Below the pieces are notes generated by a model. It worked only from the letters and a program-made list of their open reading frames with translations, had not been told where the DNA came from and ran no database searches. A program made the position numbers and the translations under genes. Below are positions 41,147 through 55,276 of a DNA stretch of 64,000 nt, one piece after another; positions within the stretch are counted from its first letter, which is position 1, and every line of letters starts with the position of its first letter. The stretch comes from Octopus vulgaris. Taxonomy: Eukaryota. Where the stretch lies: contig OX597818.1 in assembly GCA_951406725.2 (NCBI GenBank), forward strand, positions 112,654,001 to 112,718,000, given 5' to 3'.

Positions 41147-41733
41147 AGTTTCTTTATTGGCCACACAGGGCTGCACACAGATGGGACAAGTTACAAGGTA
41201 GAGCTTTTCTTTTGGGGGATGAAAAAAACAAAAAACAATAGAAACAAAAAAAAGGGGTGGCGTAGGTTTCCGATAAAGAGGGATCGTAAAAGGGAAGAAA
41301 AGAACAAAATAAAAAATAAAAAATAAAAATAAAAAAAGGAAAGGAAAAGGAACAAAAGGTAAGAGAAATGAAAAAAGAAGAAAAAAGGGGGAGAGGAAAA
41401 AAAACGATCAATAGGGATCGTGTATCACAGTGTTATGTTATATGGTGTAAAGGGGAAAGCAAGTAAGGTTTATCCGTGGGAAGAAATGCCTACGAAAAAG
41501 ACCACGGTAACCTTGGTCAATATTGTTATATGTTACCACATTTGTTTGCAAGTGGGTAACCCTCTGTTTTCAATTTCTGGGTTCATAGGACTATGCTCAA
41601 TGTGGCTTCGTCATTCATACGTGCCATCCTTGCTACATTCACCCATCTTTTTTTAAAACATTCCCAAGACAAAGCTTCCCTCTCTACACTCACTTTCCTT
41701 TTCAAGTGGTACTTGAAGAAGTTGATGAGAGGA
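41147..41733 (-). mobile_element. Non-LTR retrotransposon 3' fragment (L1/Tx1-like, tentative) inserted in (GATA)n
   Basis: Minus-strand C-terminus LINFFKYHLKRKVSVERE..FKKRW..; pyrimidine-rich 3' UTR with AATAAA; (GATA)n on both flanks. Confidence 0.55.
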
Positions 41734-41734
41734 T

Positions 41735-41735
41735 G

Positions 41736-41780
<45 letters not shown>

Positions 41781-41836
41781 GCAGGTAGATAGATAGATAG
41801 ATAGATAGATAGAAAGATAGATAGATAAATAGATAG

Positions 41837-41922
<86 letters not shown>

Positions 41923-41944
41923 GGATAGATAGATAAATAGATAA

Positions 41945-42000
<56 letters not shown>

Positions 42001-42020
42001 GCAGGCAGGTAGATAGATAG
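41735..42020. repeat. (GATA)n microsatellite
   Basis: Direct reading. Confidence 0.95.
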
Positions 42021-42379
42021 AACTATTGATGCATATACATATAAATATAATGAATGTGACAATGAATTTACTCCCGTCACCACAAGATTAAATTGATCCT
42101 CCGCGGAAGTGTTTTTTCTTTTAATAATCACAACGATTTGATACGCTATATATGAATAATTACTAAGAGATTGTTAAACTTTTCTCCTAATCATCCTTGT
42201 CTAATTTTAGTTTTACGTATATTATTCTATGTTATACATAACAACGCTCAATTCAATTTCAATGCAAGTTTTTTTCTTTCATGTGCCTTTTTTAATGAGA
42301 AATATTTTTGATACACTTTAATTAAGCGCCTCCTCTTTTTCAATACATACGTGTTTGAATTATATCATTCACTTGTTAT

Positions 42380-42700
42380 CTGCATTGGGTATTTGTTCAA
42401 TCTATCTGGTTAAGGAATACCCGTATCCATTCAATGTTAGGATGCAGGAGGATGTGTTGTGTCTGGAGTAAATTTTGTGTGCATTTTGCTGTGTATAATG
42501 TATACAAAAATAATTGGCTCTGTTTGTGTTTTGTCGGGTTCAGTGCGCTGTACTGGCATTTTAGCGTTGTGTGGATTGTGGATTGTGCCGAATGACAAAC
42601 ATGCATTTTCAGAAGTTATTTTGCATGGTATGTGTTGTAGCATCAGGCGTTGAGATACATTGTAACAACGCTGCGGTCCTAAATGCGCTTTACTAATTTT
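42380..42700 (-). pseudogene. Possible Penelope RT thumb/linker relic
   Basis: RLMLQHIPCKITSENAC...TEPIIFVYIIH weakly resembles PLE L..rgYP...IPFV.th motifs. Confidence 0.3.
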
Positions 42701-43265
42701 GCTGGTAAAATGAATGCGTCCTCAACAATATATGAACTGCACAAAACGCTTAATTTTAAATGAGTTCAGATTCATAAGATTGTTTACAGTTGAATTTACC
42801 TTCTTCATCTTACCTAGGGCTAAAATAATTGTTATTGTCGTGCGTGCAATTTCAAAAACCATATCAAACGTTAGCCAAATAATTGATTTACAGAGACGTT
42901 CGCGCTCGAATATATATATTTTCATGTTTGTCTAAATATCCAAGATATACATAATTCTCGCCAATTCTTAGTGATTTATCCTTATAGCATCCATGATTTT
43001 ATAACATTCTCTTCGTTTTCATGGGATATTTTTGAAATAATGGCCAGTGGACAGAGCTAACGGATCGATAATATGATTTCTGGTTAACTGTGGTGAGTGA
43101 ACAGGCAAAAGAATGTGCTTAAATTTATGATTATATATATATTGCGGCAGTAAATGACGACATTATTTCCTAATTTGTTGTAGACAATAGATTTTCCGCG
43201 TCAAGGTGATGCATGAATAAAGATGTGTGTGTGTATGTATGTATGTATGTATGTATGTATGTATG

Positions 43266-43299
<34 letters not shown>

Positions 43300-43309
43300 T
43301 GTATGTACG

Positions 43310-43369
<60 letters not shown>

Positions 43370-43441
43370 AAGCGTATACGGTTGTTTAATGCTCGAAATA
43401 CGAGACTAGAAAAACAGTCAACAAATGATGAAGGGTCGTTC

Positions 43442-43478
<37 letters not shown>

Positions 43479-43555
43479 TCTATGAAAAGTGAGAATGTAT
43501 AAGCGCGGGACATATACTGGATTGCCTCGTGTATATATATTTAATCTTAGGTGAA

Positions 43556-43625
43556 CCTGCTGAAGAAGTCTTCGCCTAGCAAATCATTATATTTGCTAAA
43601 AAAAGAGTGAAACCATTGGTCCAGG
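43556..43625 (+). ncRNA. Type I hammerhead ribozyme with extended stem II
   Basis: CCTG-CTGAAGA-[..TAGCAAAT-CATTAT-ATTTGCTA..]-GAAAC-CATTG-GTC-CAGG; stem I CCTG/CAGG. Confidence 0.8.
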
Positions 43626-43912
43626 AATTAGATGGTAAATAGTTTTATTTTTCATTCCCTTCAATATTTTATCCCTAATATTGGTTCGGAATTTAACTGT
43701 CCTTTCTAGCGTGCAGGTAGTCCTATAATGTTTTCTTATGTGTTTAAATATACACTGTATTTATATGAATATATATATATACTAGTAATACACATTTACA
43801 CATACACACACATACATACATACATACATACATACATACATACATACATACATACATACATACATACGTACGTACATACATACATACATACATACATACA
43901 TACATACATACA

Positions 43913-43944
<32 letters not shown>

Positions 43945-44264
43945 CACATACAATGATCTACATGTGCAATATTAAAAAACCTCCTGACTAGCATATTCGC
44001 GTTTTGATTTCAATGCCAATATGTTAGTAGTTGATAAGCTTTCTTTTCGGAGAACATCATTCCTCGCTGCTATTATACACAATGATTTTACTTCCGTTTG
44101 TTTGCTTGTTGGTTTGTTGTATTCATATAGCCATATAAATTTCCAGCATGGACTTTATTCGAATTTCGATATTCTAATTATCGTACACACATTACACCTC
44201 ACCAATCAATTCTTTAACTGAATTGTCTATATTTTCAAACTTTGTGCATATTTACCTAATTTTG

Positions 44265-44482
44265 GTTTCAAATTTTGGATTTCGGCACAAGCCCCACATT
44301 TCCGTGGGATAAACTATGTTGATGGCATCAAACTTTAATGCTCAACTGGTGTCTACTTTATCGACCTCGAAAGGATGAAAGGCTAAGTCAACCCCGGCAG
44401 AAATTGAATTCAAAACGTAAAGACGGACAAAATGCCGCTAAGCATTTCCTCTCGAATGTTAATAGTTATGTCAGCTTGCTGC
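44265..44482 (-). mobile_element. SINE family B
   Basis: GAAAGGATGAAAGGCTAAGTCAACC and other family motifs. Confidence 0.8.
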
Positions 44483-45151
44483 TAATATTTAACTAATATA
44501 AACTTTACATTCGTTACTTTAAATATTGACAGAAGTAATGATTTAAGTATATCATATATATGTATTAATCACACACAACCGTCTTTCTCCAAGGTGATTG
44601 ATAAATAATCTTTCACATTCAGAATTATCTGAGCTAAAGTAGCTCCAGATTTTAATGGCGAACCGAGAGTGAAATGTGATACATTTTATGAAGCATATCA
44701 GAGATTATCTAATGCTATGATTTTGGTTCTTATCCAGTTACCATAAAGTTCGTTTTCAAATAGATTTTCCATGTGTTGAAGTAGAATATGTAGACACCTT
44801 CTTCGACTAGCAAAAACAGATTTGATATGTATCAAAGAAAGAGCACAAATACATCGATAGGCAGCTAACCAGATGACGTTATGTTTCGTGAGGAGATCAC
44901 ATGACATGGAATCCTTGACTTCGGTTCATATGTTCTCGTCACAAGACATGAACGCCTCGACTTATACTTCTTAGTTACAACTCAGGAGATATTCTTTACG
45001 TAACTGAAAACTATTTCTATAAATTATGAATTTAGGTGGCGGTTAAAATTACAGCTATACAGTAAAATTATAAGCACACTCGTAAAGCGACACACAAACG
45101 CATAGAGTCATATACTCACAGATATATATACACATATAACGGTGTAGATGT

Positions 45152-45197
<46 letters not shown>

Positions 45198-45299
45198 GGA
45201 GTAAACACATAAATGTGAAACAAGGTGGGAAAAAGAGTACTCAAATACCAGTGGTAGAGTAATATGCTTTATTTTAAGCAGCAGAAAATTCAACAAAAT

Positions 45300-45337
45300 C
45301 TGTTACTCTGAGTTTCTCGTTGCCGTTCATCAGACAG
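45300..45337 (-). ncRNA. Minimal type I hammerhead ribozyme (inverted pLTR copy)
   Basis: CTGT-CTGATGA-ACGGCAACGA-GAAAC-TCAGA-GTA-ACAG. Confidence 0.85.
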
Positions 45338-45585
45338 TTTTTGCTAGAATGGAACTTATATATTAATTCAATCTATACTCTTACAAACGCTACACCTTTA
45401 AAAAGAAATGGACTTGTTTGATTGGCCCTTTAGAAAAAACGGTCAATCTTCGAGCGATAAACAAAAAGGTCAAAAATATATGTATATATATATAAAAAAA
45501 CTTATAAAAATTATAAAATCCGAGGAAAAAACCGAGGAAAAAACCTATTGCCGTTAATGAAGACAGTGCAAATTAATGCATAGAA

Positions 45586-45887
45586 ATTATAAAAATTCTT
45601 TTAAATACCCAGAGAATAGGAAGAAAACCAGCCTAGCTAAATATGTCTGGGAACTAAAAGAAAAGGAAGCCCCACCTTTCAACGTGACATGGAGCATTCT
45701 GGACAGGGCGGCACCATACAGGCATGGAGCTTACACATATAATTTCAAGTGCAGACTCTGCCTATTAGAAAAAATGCACATCTTATTCAAAGACAATAAT
45801 TCTTTGAATCAAAGAAGTGAGTTAATGAACTTATGTAGGCACGCGGCTAAATTTAAAATGTCGAATATAAATATACCATATGGATAG
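45586..45887 (+). CDS. C-terminal part of a PLE GIY-YIG endonuclease (truncated; the ORF's ATG lies inside the inverted repeat)
   Basis: YKNSFKYPENRKKTSLAKYVWELK..VTWSIL..CRLCLLEKMHIL..LNQRSELMNLCRH: conserved E and N of GIY-YIG plus CxxC...CxH. Confidence 0.82.
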
Positions 45888-46907
45888 AGTATATATTTTG
45901 TATTTTTGATTTTTGATTTTGATTTTGACTCTTGAGCGTTACGACGGATTTTGATTCTGTTTCCAAGCTACGCGGATATTAATCCGTATAGCAAAGTCTT
46001 ATGTTTCTACATATATATTAGGAAAAACCTACAAACTTTGTTTTCATGTTATTGTATTGCATAGGATTACCTTGATTATTTATATTACCTTGATTATTTA
46101 TAAATGACCCAAAATAGGATGTTATATTTTATTTTATGTCTTTCGTATATATTTTTATTAATGCACCCATTTTTTAAAAGCAATGTTGTCAAAATTAGAA
46201 TGTTTATATAAGTATGTGTATAGCAAAGCATATGTATTTGTAAGCATGCGTATCTGTGTATGTGTAAGTGAAAGTATGCTTGTGCTTAAGCACACATATA
46301 CACGACGGTATGTATATGTATCCATTCAAACTTGTGTATGTATACTGGTCTCTATAGATGCCAATAACATCGTTACAAGTTTTTTCCCCACCCCTCCTTC
46401 GTTCCTTTTTCTCTCTTTCCCTTTCTTTCGTTCCCCCTCCTTGCTCAGTATATGAGAATTGCTACATAGATGAATTTTACCTTGCGTGCGAGACGGTTTG
46501 CGTGAATATATGTACACATGCTTTTATGTGTATATTTAGATTCATATTCATACGTCTGTATATGTATGTATGGCGTTTACGCGCATCCTTTTGTGTATGT
46601 TGATAAATATATGTAGATTTTAATATAAATATGTATTGCAGTATTTATAACAGGTTTAATTTCTATGCATTAATTTGCACTGCCTTCATTAACGGCAATA
46701 GGTTTTTTCCTCGGTTTTTTCCTCGGATTTTATAATTTTTATAAGTTTTTTTATATATATATACATATATTTTTGACCTTTTTGTTTATCGCTCGAAGAT
46801 TGACCGTTTTTTCTAAAGGGCCAATCAAACAAGTCCATTTCTTTTTAAAGGTGTAGCGTTTGTAAGAGTATAGATTGAATTAATATAAAGTTCCATTCTA
46901 GCAAAAA

Positions 46908-46945
46908 CTGTCTGATGAACGGCAACGAGAAACTCAGAGTAACAG
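46908..46945 (+). ncRNA. Minimal type I hammerhead ribozyme (3' pLTR)
   Basis: CTGT-CTGATGA-ACGGCAACGA-GAAAC-TCAGA-GTA-ACAG; stem II CG-GCAA-CG. Confidence 0.87.
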
Positions 46946-47107
46946 ATTTTGTTGAATTTTCTGTTGCTTAAAATAAAGTATATATATATATATATATATA
47001 TATTCACCATCACTCTACCTGTATACACACGTACACATATCCATCCATCCAGCCGTCCATCCATTCATGAATACATACATGCATACATGGGTACACACGT
47101 AAACATT

Positions 47108-47141
<34 letters not shown>

Positions 47142-47527
47142 CACACACACACATATATATATATACATCATACCTGTCGTATTCTCTGAAGTTTTATGCG
47201 TTAGTCTCATGTTCTATCTTGCTATTTTATGAAAGAGGTCATACACACAATTACAATTACACAAGTACACACATAAATGTACGTCCCGTCCACACCCATA
47301 CAAACACACGCATGCGCAGAAAATAAAAGCAAATGAAAAGCACGAGAATCTTTGGTCTCCGAATATTCATAATATTTTCTTGTTTCCTTGTTTCTGCTTA
47401 TCGATTCTCTCACTCTGTCTTTCTAGCACACACAGACCCACAGCCAAACACATGCACACGCACGTACGCACACATGCACACACACGTACATCGACTCTTT
47501 CTCTATTTTTCATATCTATCTATATAC

Positions 47528-47584
<57 letters not shown>

Positions 47585-47585
47585 A

Positions 47586-47693
<108 letters not shown>

Positions 47694-49029
47694 AAGAGAG
47701 AGAGAGAGATTAAGAGTCCTGGCAAATAGAGGAATAACTGTCGAAACAGAATTTATACCTAATACTTTACTATTAAATTCTGGAAGAGGCTACTAATTTT
47801 GATATAAACTACTGCATGTGACTTATACATATGTGCGTTCCCTTGAAGTTTGAGAAGACAAAGCAATAAAACACGTACGTACTTCATTACAGCAGCGCTT
47901 CTCCCATATTTAAAGTGACATATCAGTTTGTTATTTTCTACTTCAAACATCGTACGGCCATGCCAATTTACTTGAGGCGAAAATTGATTGATTTTATTTA
48001 TCAGAAACAAAATGTTGGATCTCAAAGATAAGCCATTCTGTGTGGGTGGTCTCAATTACATGGTTTTACGAAATCAAAAGAGGAGAGCGTATCTAGGAGT
48101 TGCATTATAAGCGTTAGATTAATGGATATATTGATGATTAATACAGTAAGACAACGGAAAATATATGGTAAAGGTAGGAGGTGAATTCTGGTAGCATTAA
48201 AAGCAATGAAAATAAGCAATAACCATAATATAAATAGCTTGTATGGTAGATTGAAAAGTTTTACCGTTTGGCGTAGAGATAATGAAAAAGACGAAAATGG
48301 CGCCATTCTCAAGTAAACGAATTAAAATAGGTACGGATGATTAAAACGCATTAAATCTATTGATGTTTGAAGCACCAACATAGCAATTATATTTTCATTC
48401 ATGAATATATCCTGCTAGGTGCAAATTAATAAAAATCCCTGATGTTCATTTAACATTGTTATAATCTTGAATAGAGGTACAGCGTTCTGAAAGAACGGAA
48501 ATGACAATAAAATTATTATTAACTCTTCATTCAAGAGATGAAGATTTGTTTAGGAATTGAAAACGTAATGGTGTTCATAATGAAATACGTAAGAAAATAA
48601 ATTACTAACGTATAGCAGACAAAAGATTCTATGTGAACAATTATTAGATTGTATATTATCATATAGAATTTCATTTCAGCTTCTTTAAAATTTACAGTCA
48701 TAAATATGGTATTTCAGACAATTCTGGTGTTTCGAACTGAATTTCAGTGTGTAAAACTAAAGTTTTCCTTCCCAGCCGCATAATTTTTCTAGTTTACTAA
48801 AAATATTCAAACCGGAAACAGACCTCCTACATAATAATTCATTTTCAAAATTATAAAATGCATGTTTCCAATTAAAACAAATTTTGATAAAAGGTGACAA
48901 AGACTGTATGAATAATATGAAGGTAATTATGATCTCCAAATTAACGGGGACGTTGTATTACAACGCAGACTACTGCGTTATTTAACTTGAAAGAATCTCT
49001 CATATGAACTCGTGATGCATAAATTCACT

Positions 49030-49372
49030 AGTAATTGTATCGACGACAGACGAAAACCGACTGCGACGGGCGTCCGAACAGCCAGATCACGTAAATTTTA
49101 ATTGCGACGGGCTCCTCAGTGGCAGATATCCAACAGTATCTTACCACCGAATCTCTTATCATCGATATATAGAAGAGAAATATCCATTCAGGCACTAGTG
49201 TCACAAACGACCAGAAGGGTTTATTAAAAACAAATAATCGCCACAGAAGCAGTATTGATACCAAAAGATATTCGTGATCTGCAGCTAAAGGTGGAAGTTT
49301 TGTCAACACGGAATACCTTCCGGCATTAATGTTATCCAGCGAACTGGACAAAGATTACACCAAAAGTTTCAG
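49030..49372 (+). other. Candidate host exon (unique, CpG-richer island ending in CAG|GTAATT)
   Basis: Non-repetitive and GC/CpG-richer than its flanks; ATG at 49329 (MLSSELDKDYTKSF) followed by a consensus donor. Confidence 0.25.
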
Positions 49373-49840
49373 GTAATTAAATTAAAACTTCGGAAAACGA
49401 TGAAATAAATTTTATGAATTGATGTTTTGGTTTTTGAAATTTAATTTTAATTTCTTCTTAATATTCCAAAATTAATGAATGATTTCTAAATTCTATTTGC
49501 ATTCCTGTTATCAGGATTTCCATCATTATCCATTATGCCACAAGCTATGTATATATATATGTGCGTGCGTTTGTGTGTGTCTGTGTCTGTGTGTCTGTCT
49601 GTCTGTCTGTGTCCTTGTTACTTCACCACAAACCATTTGACAAACGGTAACGGTAATACTCAGTTTCGCACCATTAATAAGACTGAAGACTGTGGAACTA
49701 AGAATTACCATTCTGCTTGATAGCTGAGGAAGAAATGAGGACCTTCTGTGTCATATACGTATACGTTTTTTTATGTGTCATTGTTTATTTACAATGCATT
49801 TTCCATTTATTAAGTGACGGTACGCAACACACATCCGGCA

Positions 49841-49914
<74 letters not shown>

Positions 49915-50076
49915 CAACTTATAAACAAGGGCAAAAGAAAAAATATTTCTTGGCATAGAAATAATTTTCTTTTGCCCTTGTTTATAAGTTGTTTATAATT
50001 TTAACCTTTAAAGGTATTTTAACATGCTGCCACTTTTGATGAAATTTTTTTTGAAAAATATTTTATCCTATATTAG

Positions 50077-50145
<69 letters not shown>

Positions 50146-50226
50146 GTGTGTGTGTGTGTGTGTTAAACAACATTTGACAACAAAGCCAAGAATGGGTGTG
50201 ACTTTCAAGACATTTTATAAAAGTTA

Positions 50227-50274
50227 GTCTTACAGCTGTTTCTGGGATATGATGGATATCTCTTAATCAGAGAC
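50227..50274 (-). ncRNA. Hammerhead-like motif with CUGAUUA core variant
   Basis: GTCT-CTGATTA-AGAGATATCCATCATATCCCA-GAAAC-AGCT-GTA-AGAC. Confidence 0.7.
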
Positions 50275-50646
50275 GATGTCAGGTGGTTAAACAGAGGGTA
50301 AATAGTAGAGCTCAGTATAAGGAGTTATCTTGGAAAAGGATAGAAATAAGAAGGATAAAAGGAAATAAGAGAATAAAAGTTAAAATATATGTAGGATGTT
50401 ACAGTTGCAGCTTCGTTATCCAAGCAAAGTGGTGTGTACAAGTTGTAGAAATGCTTATTGTCCATAGTATGTAAATTCCAGTAGGAATTCATATTTTGTT
50501 ATTACAAATTGAAAGTGTGGAGATGTGCTGTTCAGTCAAAGTTGTAGAGAGAAAAGATATAAGGATTTAGAGAGATGGAGAAAACGAGAGATAAATAAAT
50601 AGATATGGGATATGACATTTATGGGTGACGTATGTATTGAAGCACC

Positions 50647-50694
50647 GTCTCTGATTAATGGATATCCCCAATATCCCAGAAACAGCTGTAAGAC
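50647..50694 (+). ncRNA. Hammerhead-like motif with CUGAUUA core variant (inverted partner of 50227-50274)
   Basis: GTCT-CTGATTA-ATGGATATCCCCAATATCCCA-GAAAC-AGCT-GTA-AGAC. Confidence 0.7.
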
Positions 50695-51295
50695 TAACTA
50701 AGCTGTTTCTATCCATTTTGTTTTGTTTCTTTACATCGGTTCGATGTCGAAACAAGATTCGTCAAATTACGCTTGTGCTAAAACGTGTTGTGTTTCTTTG
50801 TATCTTACCTTACATTGCAAAACACAATTATGCTACGATATTTTCAAGCCAGTCTTTACAATAAGAAATATATTTCATATTAACTATTCTTAGAAATTTT
50901 AGAGCGATACCTGATTACTCATTGTCGTGACCGCTAACTTGTTTCCAGAACACTTTCTTCATATTTCACACACATCCAATCAAAGAAAATGATTCATAAA
51001 GAAAATAACTTCCTTGAAGGTATGCGGGAAATTTAACATAACAACAGGGAGATACGAACAATTTGAATGAAACATAAAGCAGAAAATGAGAATTCATTTT
51101 AATCAATAATAAGGTGTACACCAGGTATTCACTCAATTAAACTATTTCACTCATAGATACTAATATATCAAAACAGGCATTTCCACCCATATATATTGTT
51201 CCACACACACACACACACACACACACAGACCCACCCACACCCACACCCATACGCACATAGACACAGACACACACGCACACACACACACATATATA

Positions 51296-51480
51296 GGAGG
51301 CGCAATGGCCCAGCGGTCAGGACAGCGGAGACGCAGTTTCGATTCCCAGACCGGGAATTGTGAGTATTTATTGAGCGTAAACAACTTCAACTCTACAAGG
51401 GTCCGGCAAGGGTGGAGGGCGAACCCAGCTGTACTCTTTCACCACAAATTTCTGTCACTCTTTCTTTCTATTGTACCTAT
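51296..51480 (+). mobile_element. tRNA-derived SINE family C
   Basis: GGAGGCGCAATGGCCCAGCGGTCAGG (box A-like) and GTTTCGATTCCC (box B-like). Confidence 0.7.
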
Positions 51481-52649
51481 AACTCTCTTGTGTATTTACT
51501 AAAGTAGACGTACAAACACATAAACCAGAAAATGCGCGCGTTAAACATTTATCATAAGCTTACTTGTATCATATGTTGATACTTCGTGTTGTTTTATTTT
51601 GCCAGTCAGAGCCCGTAAAAGAGAGCATTTCGCTTTGAAATACACTTACTACTAGTAAATATATTCGACATTGGTGTGTATAAAATCTTTCTTTGAGCTC
51701 TAAAATGGAAAGAAACTGTCGGTCCTTACATCGAAGAGAAACAAAACTTCAAGTGAAATGTAGTGGAAAAACCTTCAAAATCTGTTGGTAGGAAAATTGT
51801 GTTGGAGAGAAATAATGTTGAAAAGATGTGCAAACACATATCAGGAAACGATTTGCAAATAATCCAACATGAACTTAGCCAGGAGCATATATTGATTTAC
51901 CCGGCTGAGAAGATCTTTAAACATCGAGAGTGCACAAAGTGTCCTTGTTGAAGGAAAAATGGGAATTTATTTATGAAAAATGGGACTAGAAATTAAGACA
52001 AACTGCATAAGCGTACGCCAAGCTATGTCTTCGATCATTCTTTTATACGCGTTCTGTCAGAAACAGCATTTTTGGCACAATTTGAAGTTGTAGCTGGATT
52101 TCAAGACTAATTCGAATCTCAGTTGACAACAGAGCTGAGATGAACGAAATCGTTACTGCAGTTATATATGGGAAATTAAACGTAAAAAAGTTTGAGAAAA
52201 TATAATGACTTTTATTAATAAAACTAAAATATTGACAGTGTTACAATCATTATGAATGGATTTACATTTAATAATGGTTGTGTGAATCTTACTAGTTTTC
52301 CACGATGATATCGATCACTAGAAGGATCGTTTTGGATCCGTGTTCATTAATAATATATCTCAGATGTTATGAAATTATATTTTAATAGTTTACACTTCTT
52401 CCTAATTTTGTATATATCTGTTCGAAAAAAAATCTTTCAAATATGCTACGTATCAAAAGATAAATTGCGGTAAACTTTCATACATTTCAAACAGCTTTCT
52501 GAGTAGTTAGTTTCAAAATCTGAATTTATTAGAAGAACGAAAATAAGGATACAACAAATTAATCAATTCTGTGAAACACTTAACTTTGCAGTTCAACTTT
52601 AATGACAGATTTACAACGAATGAAAATACAAAATTCTTCAATTCTGCAT

Positions 52650-53010
52650 GAAAAAAAGTGCTCAGCGAAGAACGCTACAACAAAAACAACATTGACAAAT
52701 CTATTTAAGAATCAGCAACTACTATACTTCACCAAAAGGTGTTGGGGAATTAAAACATTTGTCGGTTTTTGTGAATCTATTTTGAAATAGTTATATCAAC
52801 ACACAAACATCATCACAAAACAAACTTCCGCCGAAGGGAATGAGACGACTTAAGCAAATATAAAAATTGACACAGGAATAACAATTAAAGAGGAAGATGC
52901 AGTAGTCTTTATGGATAGAGAATTGTATATGAATATTATGCTGTTCTTATTAAAAGACGAAAATTAATATCAACAGAAATAATGAGAAACGTTAGAATGT
53001 TAATGAACTT
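52650..53010 (+). pseudogene. Penelope-like RT N-terminal relic
   Basis: IKIDTGITIKEEDAVVFMDRELYMNIMLFLLKDEN.YQQ resembles PLE I.IK.ADKG.aVV.MD...Y......L.D...Y. Confidence 0.55.
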
Positions 53011-53367
53011 ATCTCGAGGAAGTCTCACCAACAATGAATACAACAATATTGCCAACTTTATATGCAAATGTAGTCGTTTGTATGATATACGAAAAGTTTA
53101 CAAAAATGGAACAACATAGTGAAGCATGCAAAAGACTCCTTGACCTCAACATCTGTCTCCTCGCAAATGTTTCGAAATGAAGACAAGAGCAGGTTGGAAA
53201 TGCCAAACTCCAGGTGTGAGCAGCTATGAAAGACCGATGCTTTCTCAGGCACATAAGAGAAGTCTTAAACAGTGTGTTCAAAAAGTGTCTCAGCAGTGAA
53301 TGTTTCTCATCCTCTTGGGACTAATCTATACTTTTGTGGTCTTATACCATCTTATATATATTTATTC

Positions 53368-53434
53368 TGCAATCGAAACCGCGATCATCCGACCGCGAAT
53401 CCGCTGCTCTACCCACTGGGCCACAGCGCCTCCA
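53368..53434 (-). mobile_element. SINE family C tRNA-like head
   Basis: GGAGGCGCTGTGGCCCAGTGGGTAGAGCAGCGGATTCGCGGTCGGATGATCGCGGTTTCGATT. Confidence 0.7.
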
Positions 53435-53506
53435 CAAATTATGTAAATAGTGGAAGTTATCTGTAAATATATGTGACAATGGCTAACGAATAATTGTCAT
53501 ATTTTA

Positions 53507-53572
<66 letters not shown>

Positions 53573-54240
53573 CAGACAGACAGATAGCTAGCTAGCTAGC
53601 TAGCTAGCTAGCTCGATAGATAGATAGGTAGATGAGTACTAGAACTCTCAGAAATCAATGTATATAGCACAATGCAGAAAGCAAATTAGCCAAGAGTAAA
53701 TAACGAGTTGTGAAAATAAGAAAAGGTGATATGAGCGGAAATAATATTCTATAGATAATTATCAGGTAGGGGTTCTTCTGCCTTCCTTTAGTGTTTTGCT
53801 CATTCGAATTTCATGTAATTCGACATATTCACCAAAGAGTGCTACTTCGCTGGATTAACTTTTGATTATGAAGAACGTTGGAGAATTTCAACACTAAAAA
53901 TTTGATATTCGAGCAATTCAAAAAAAAAAATGTTTTTGTAAACAGCTTAGATATATCTCGATCATATATGAAAATTTAATTCTACAACAAACCTAAATTA
54001 TATTTGCATTTGAGAGTAAAGTAGCCAAGTTCCCATGGTATTAAATGTAATTTGCGAATTATACATCTGCATTTTACAATGAAAATAAATAAAGGAAAGT
54101 ACAGTATATAAAATTACAATTGGAATCAAATTGCATATATTTCGAAAATGTAGATTCGATATTTCGTTCATTTTCTGAATTATTCTCTCCACGTACTCGC
54201 TTTTTGCTCTTTTCTTCTGGCGTAAAATTATATTCCTGTT

Positions 54241-54840
<600 letters not shown>

Positions 54841-55206
54841 TGTTATATTAATTGTCTTTTTTTAATAATTTTGATATATATTTAAATAATATAAATTAAT
54901 TAATCTTATGTATTGGCTTAAGTTTTTCATTGTATGATTTGCCTAATAGTGGTTTTATCTCTAATTTAATATATATATATATCTGCATATATATACACAT
55001 GACTATCTATATATCTATATAGATAGATAGATAGATAGATTGATAGATAGATAGATAGACATACATATGCATATATGGGTACAAGACGTCACCAACAGTA
55101 AACAACATGAAATACGAACACAAATGAGTTCAATACGCAAAGAACGAGGGAAACAAATAAATGCATATATATACACACATACGATTATGTATACGGCGCA
55201 TGCATA

Positions 55207-55276
<70 letters not shown>

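Larger units (their letters stand above)
45196..46978 (+). mobile_element. 5'-truncated Penelope-like element with inverted pLTR (45267-45589 vs 46657-46978)
   Basis: ~320-bp near-identical inverted repeats, each with an HHR, flanking a GIY-YIG C-terminus; (TA)n on both sides. Confidence 0.9.

Noticed and set aside
53368-53434. tRNA gene
   Set aside because: No acceptor-stem 3' half; it matches the SINE head at 51296
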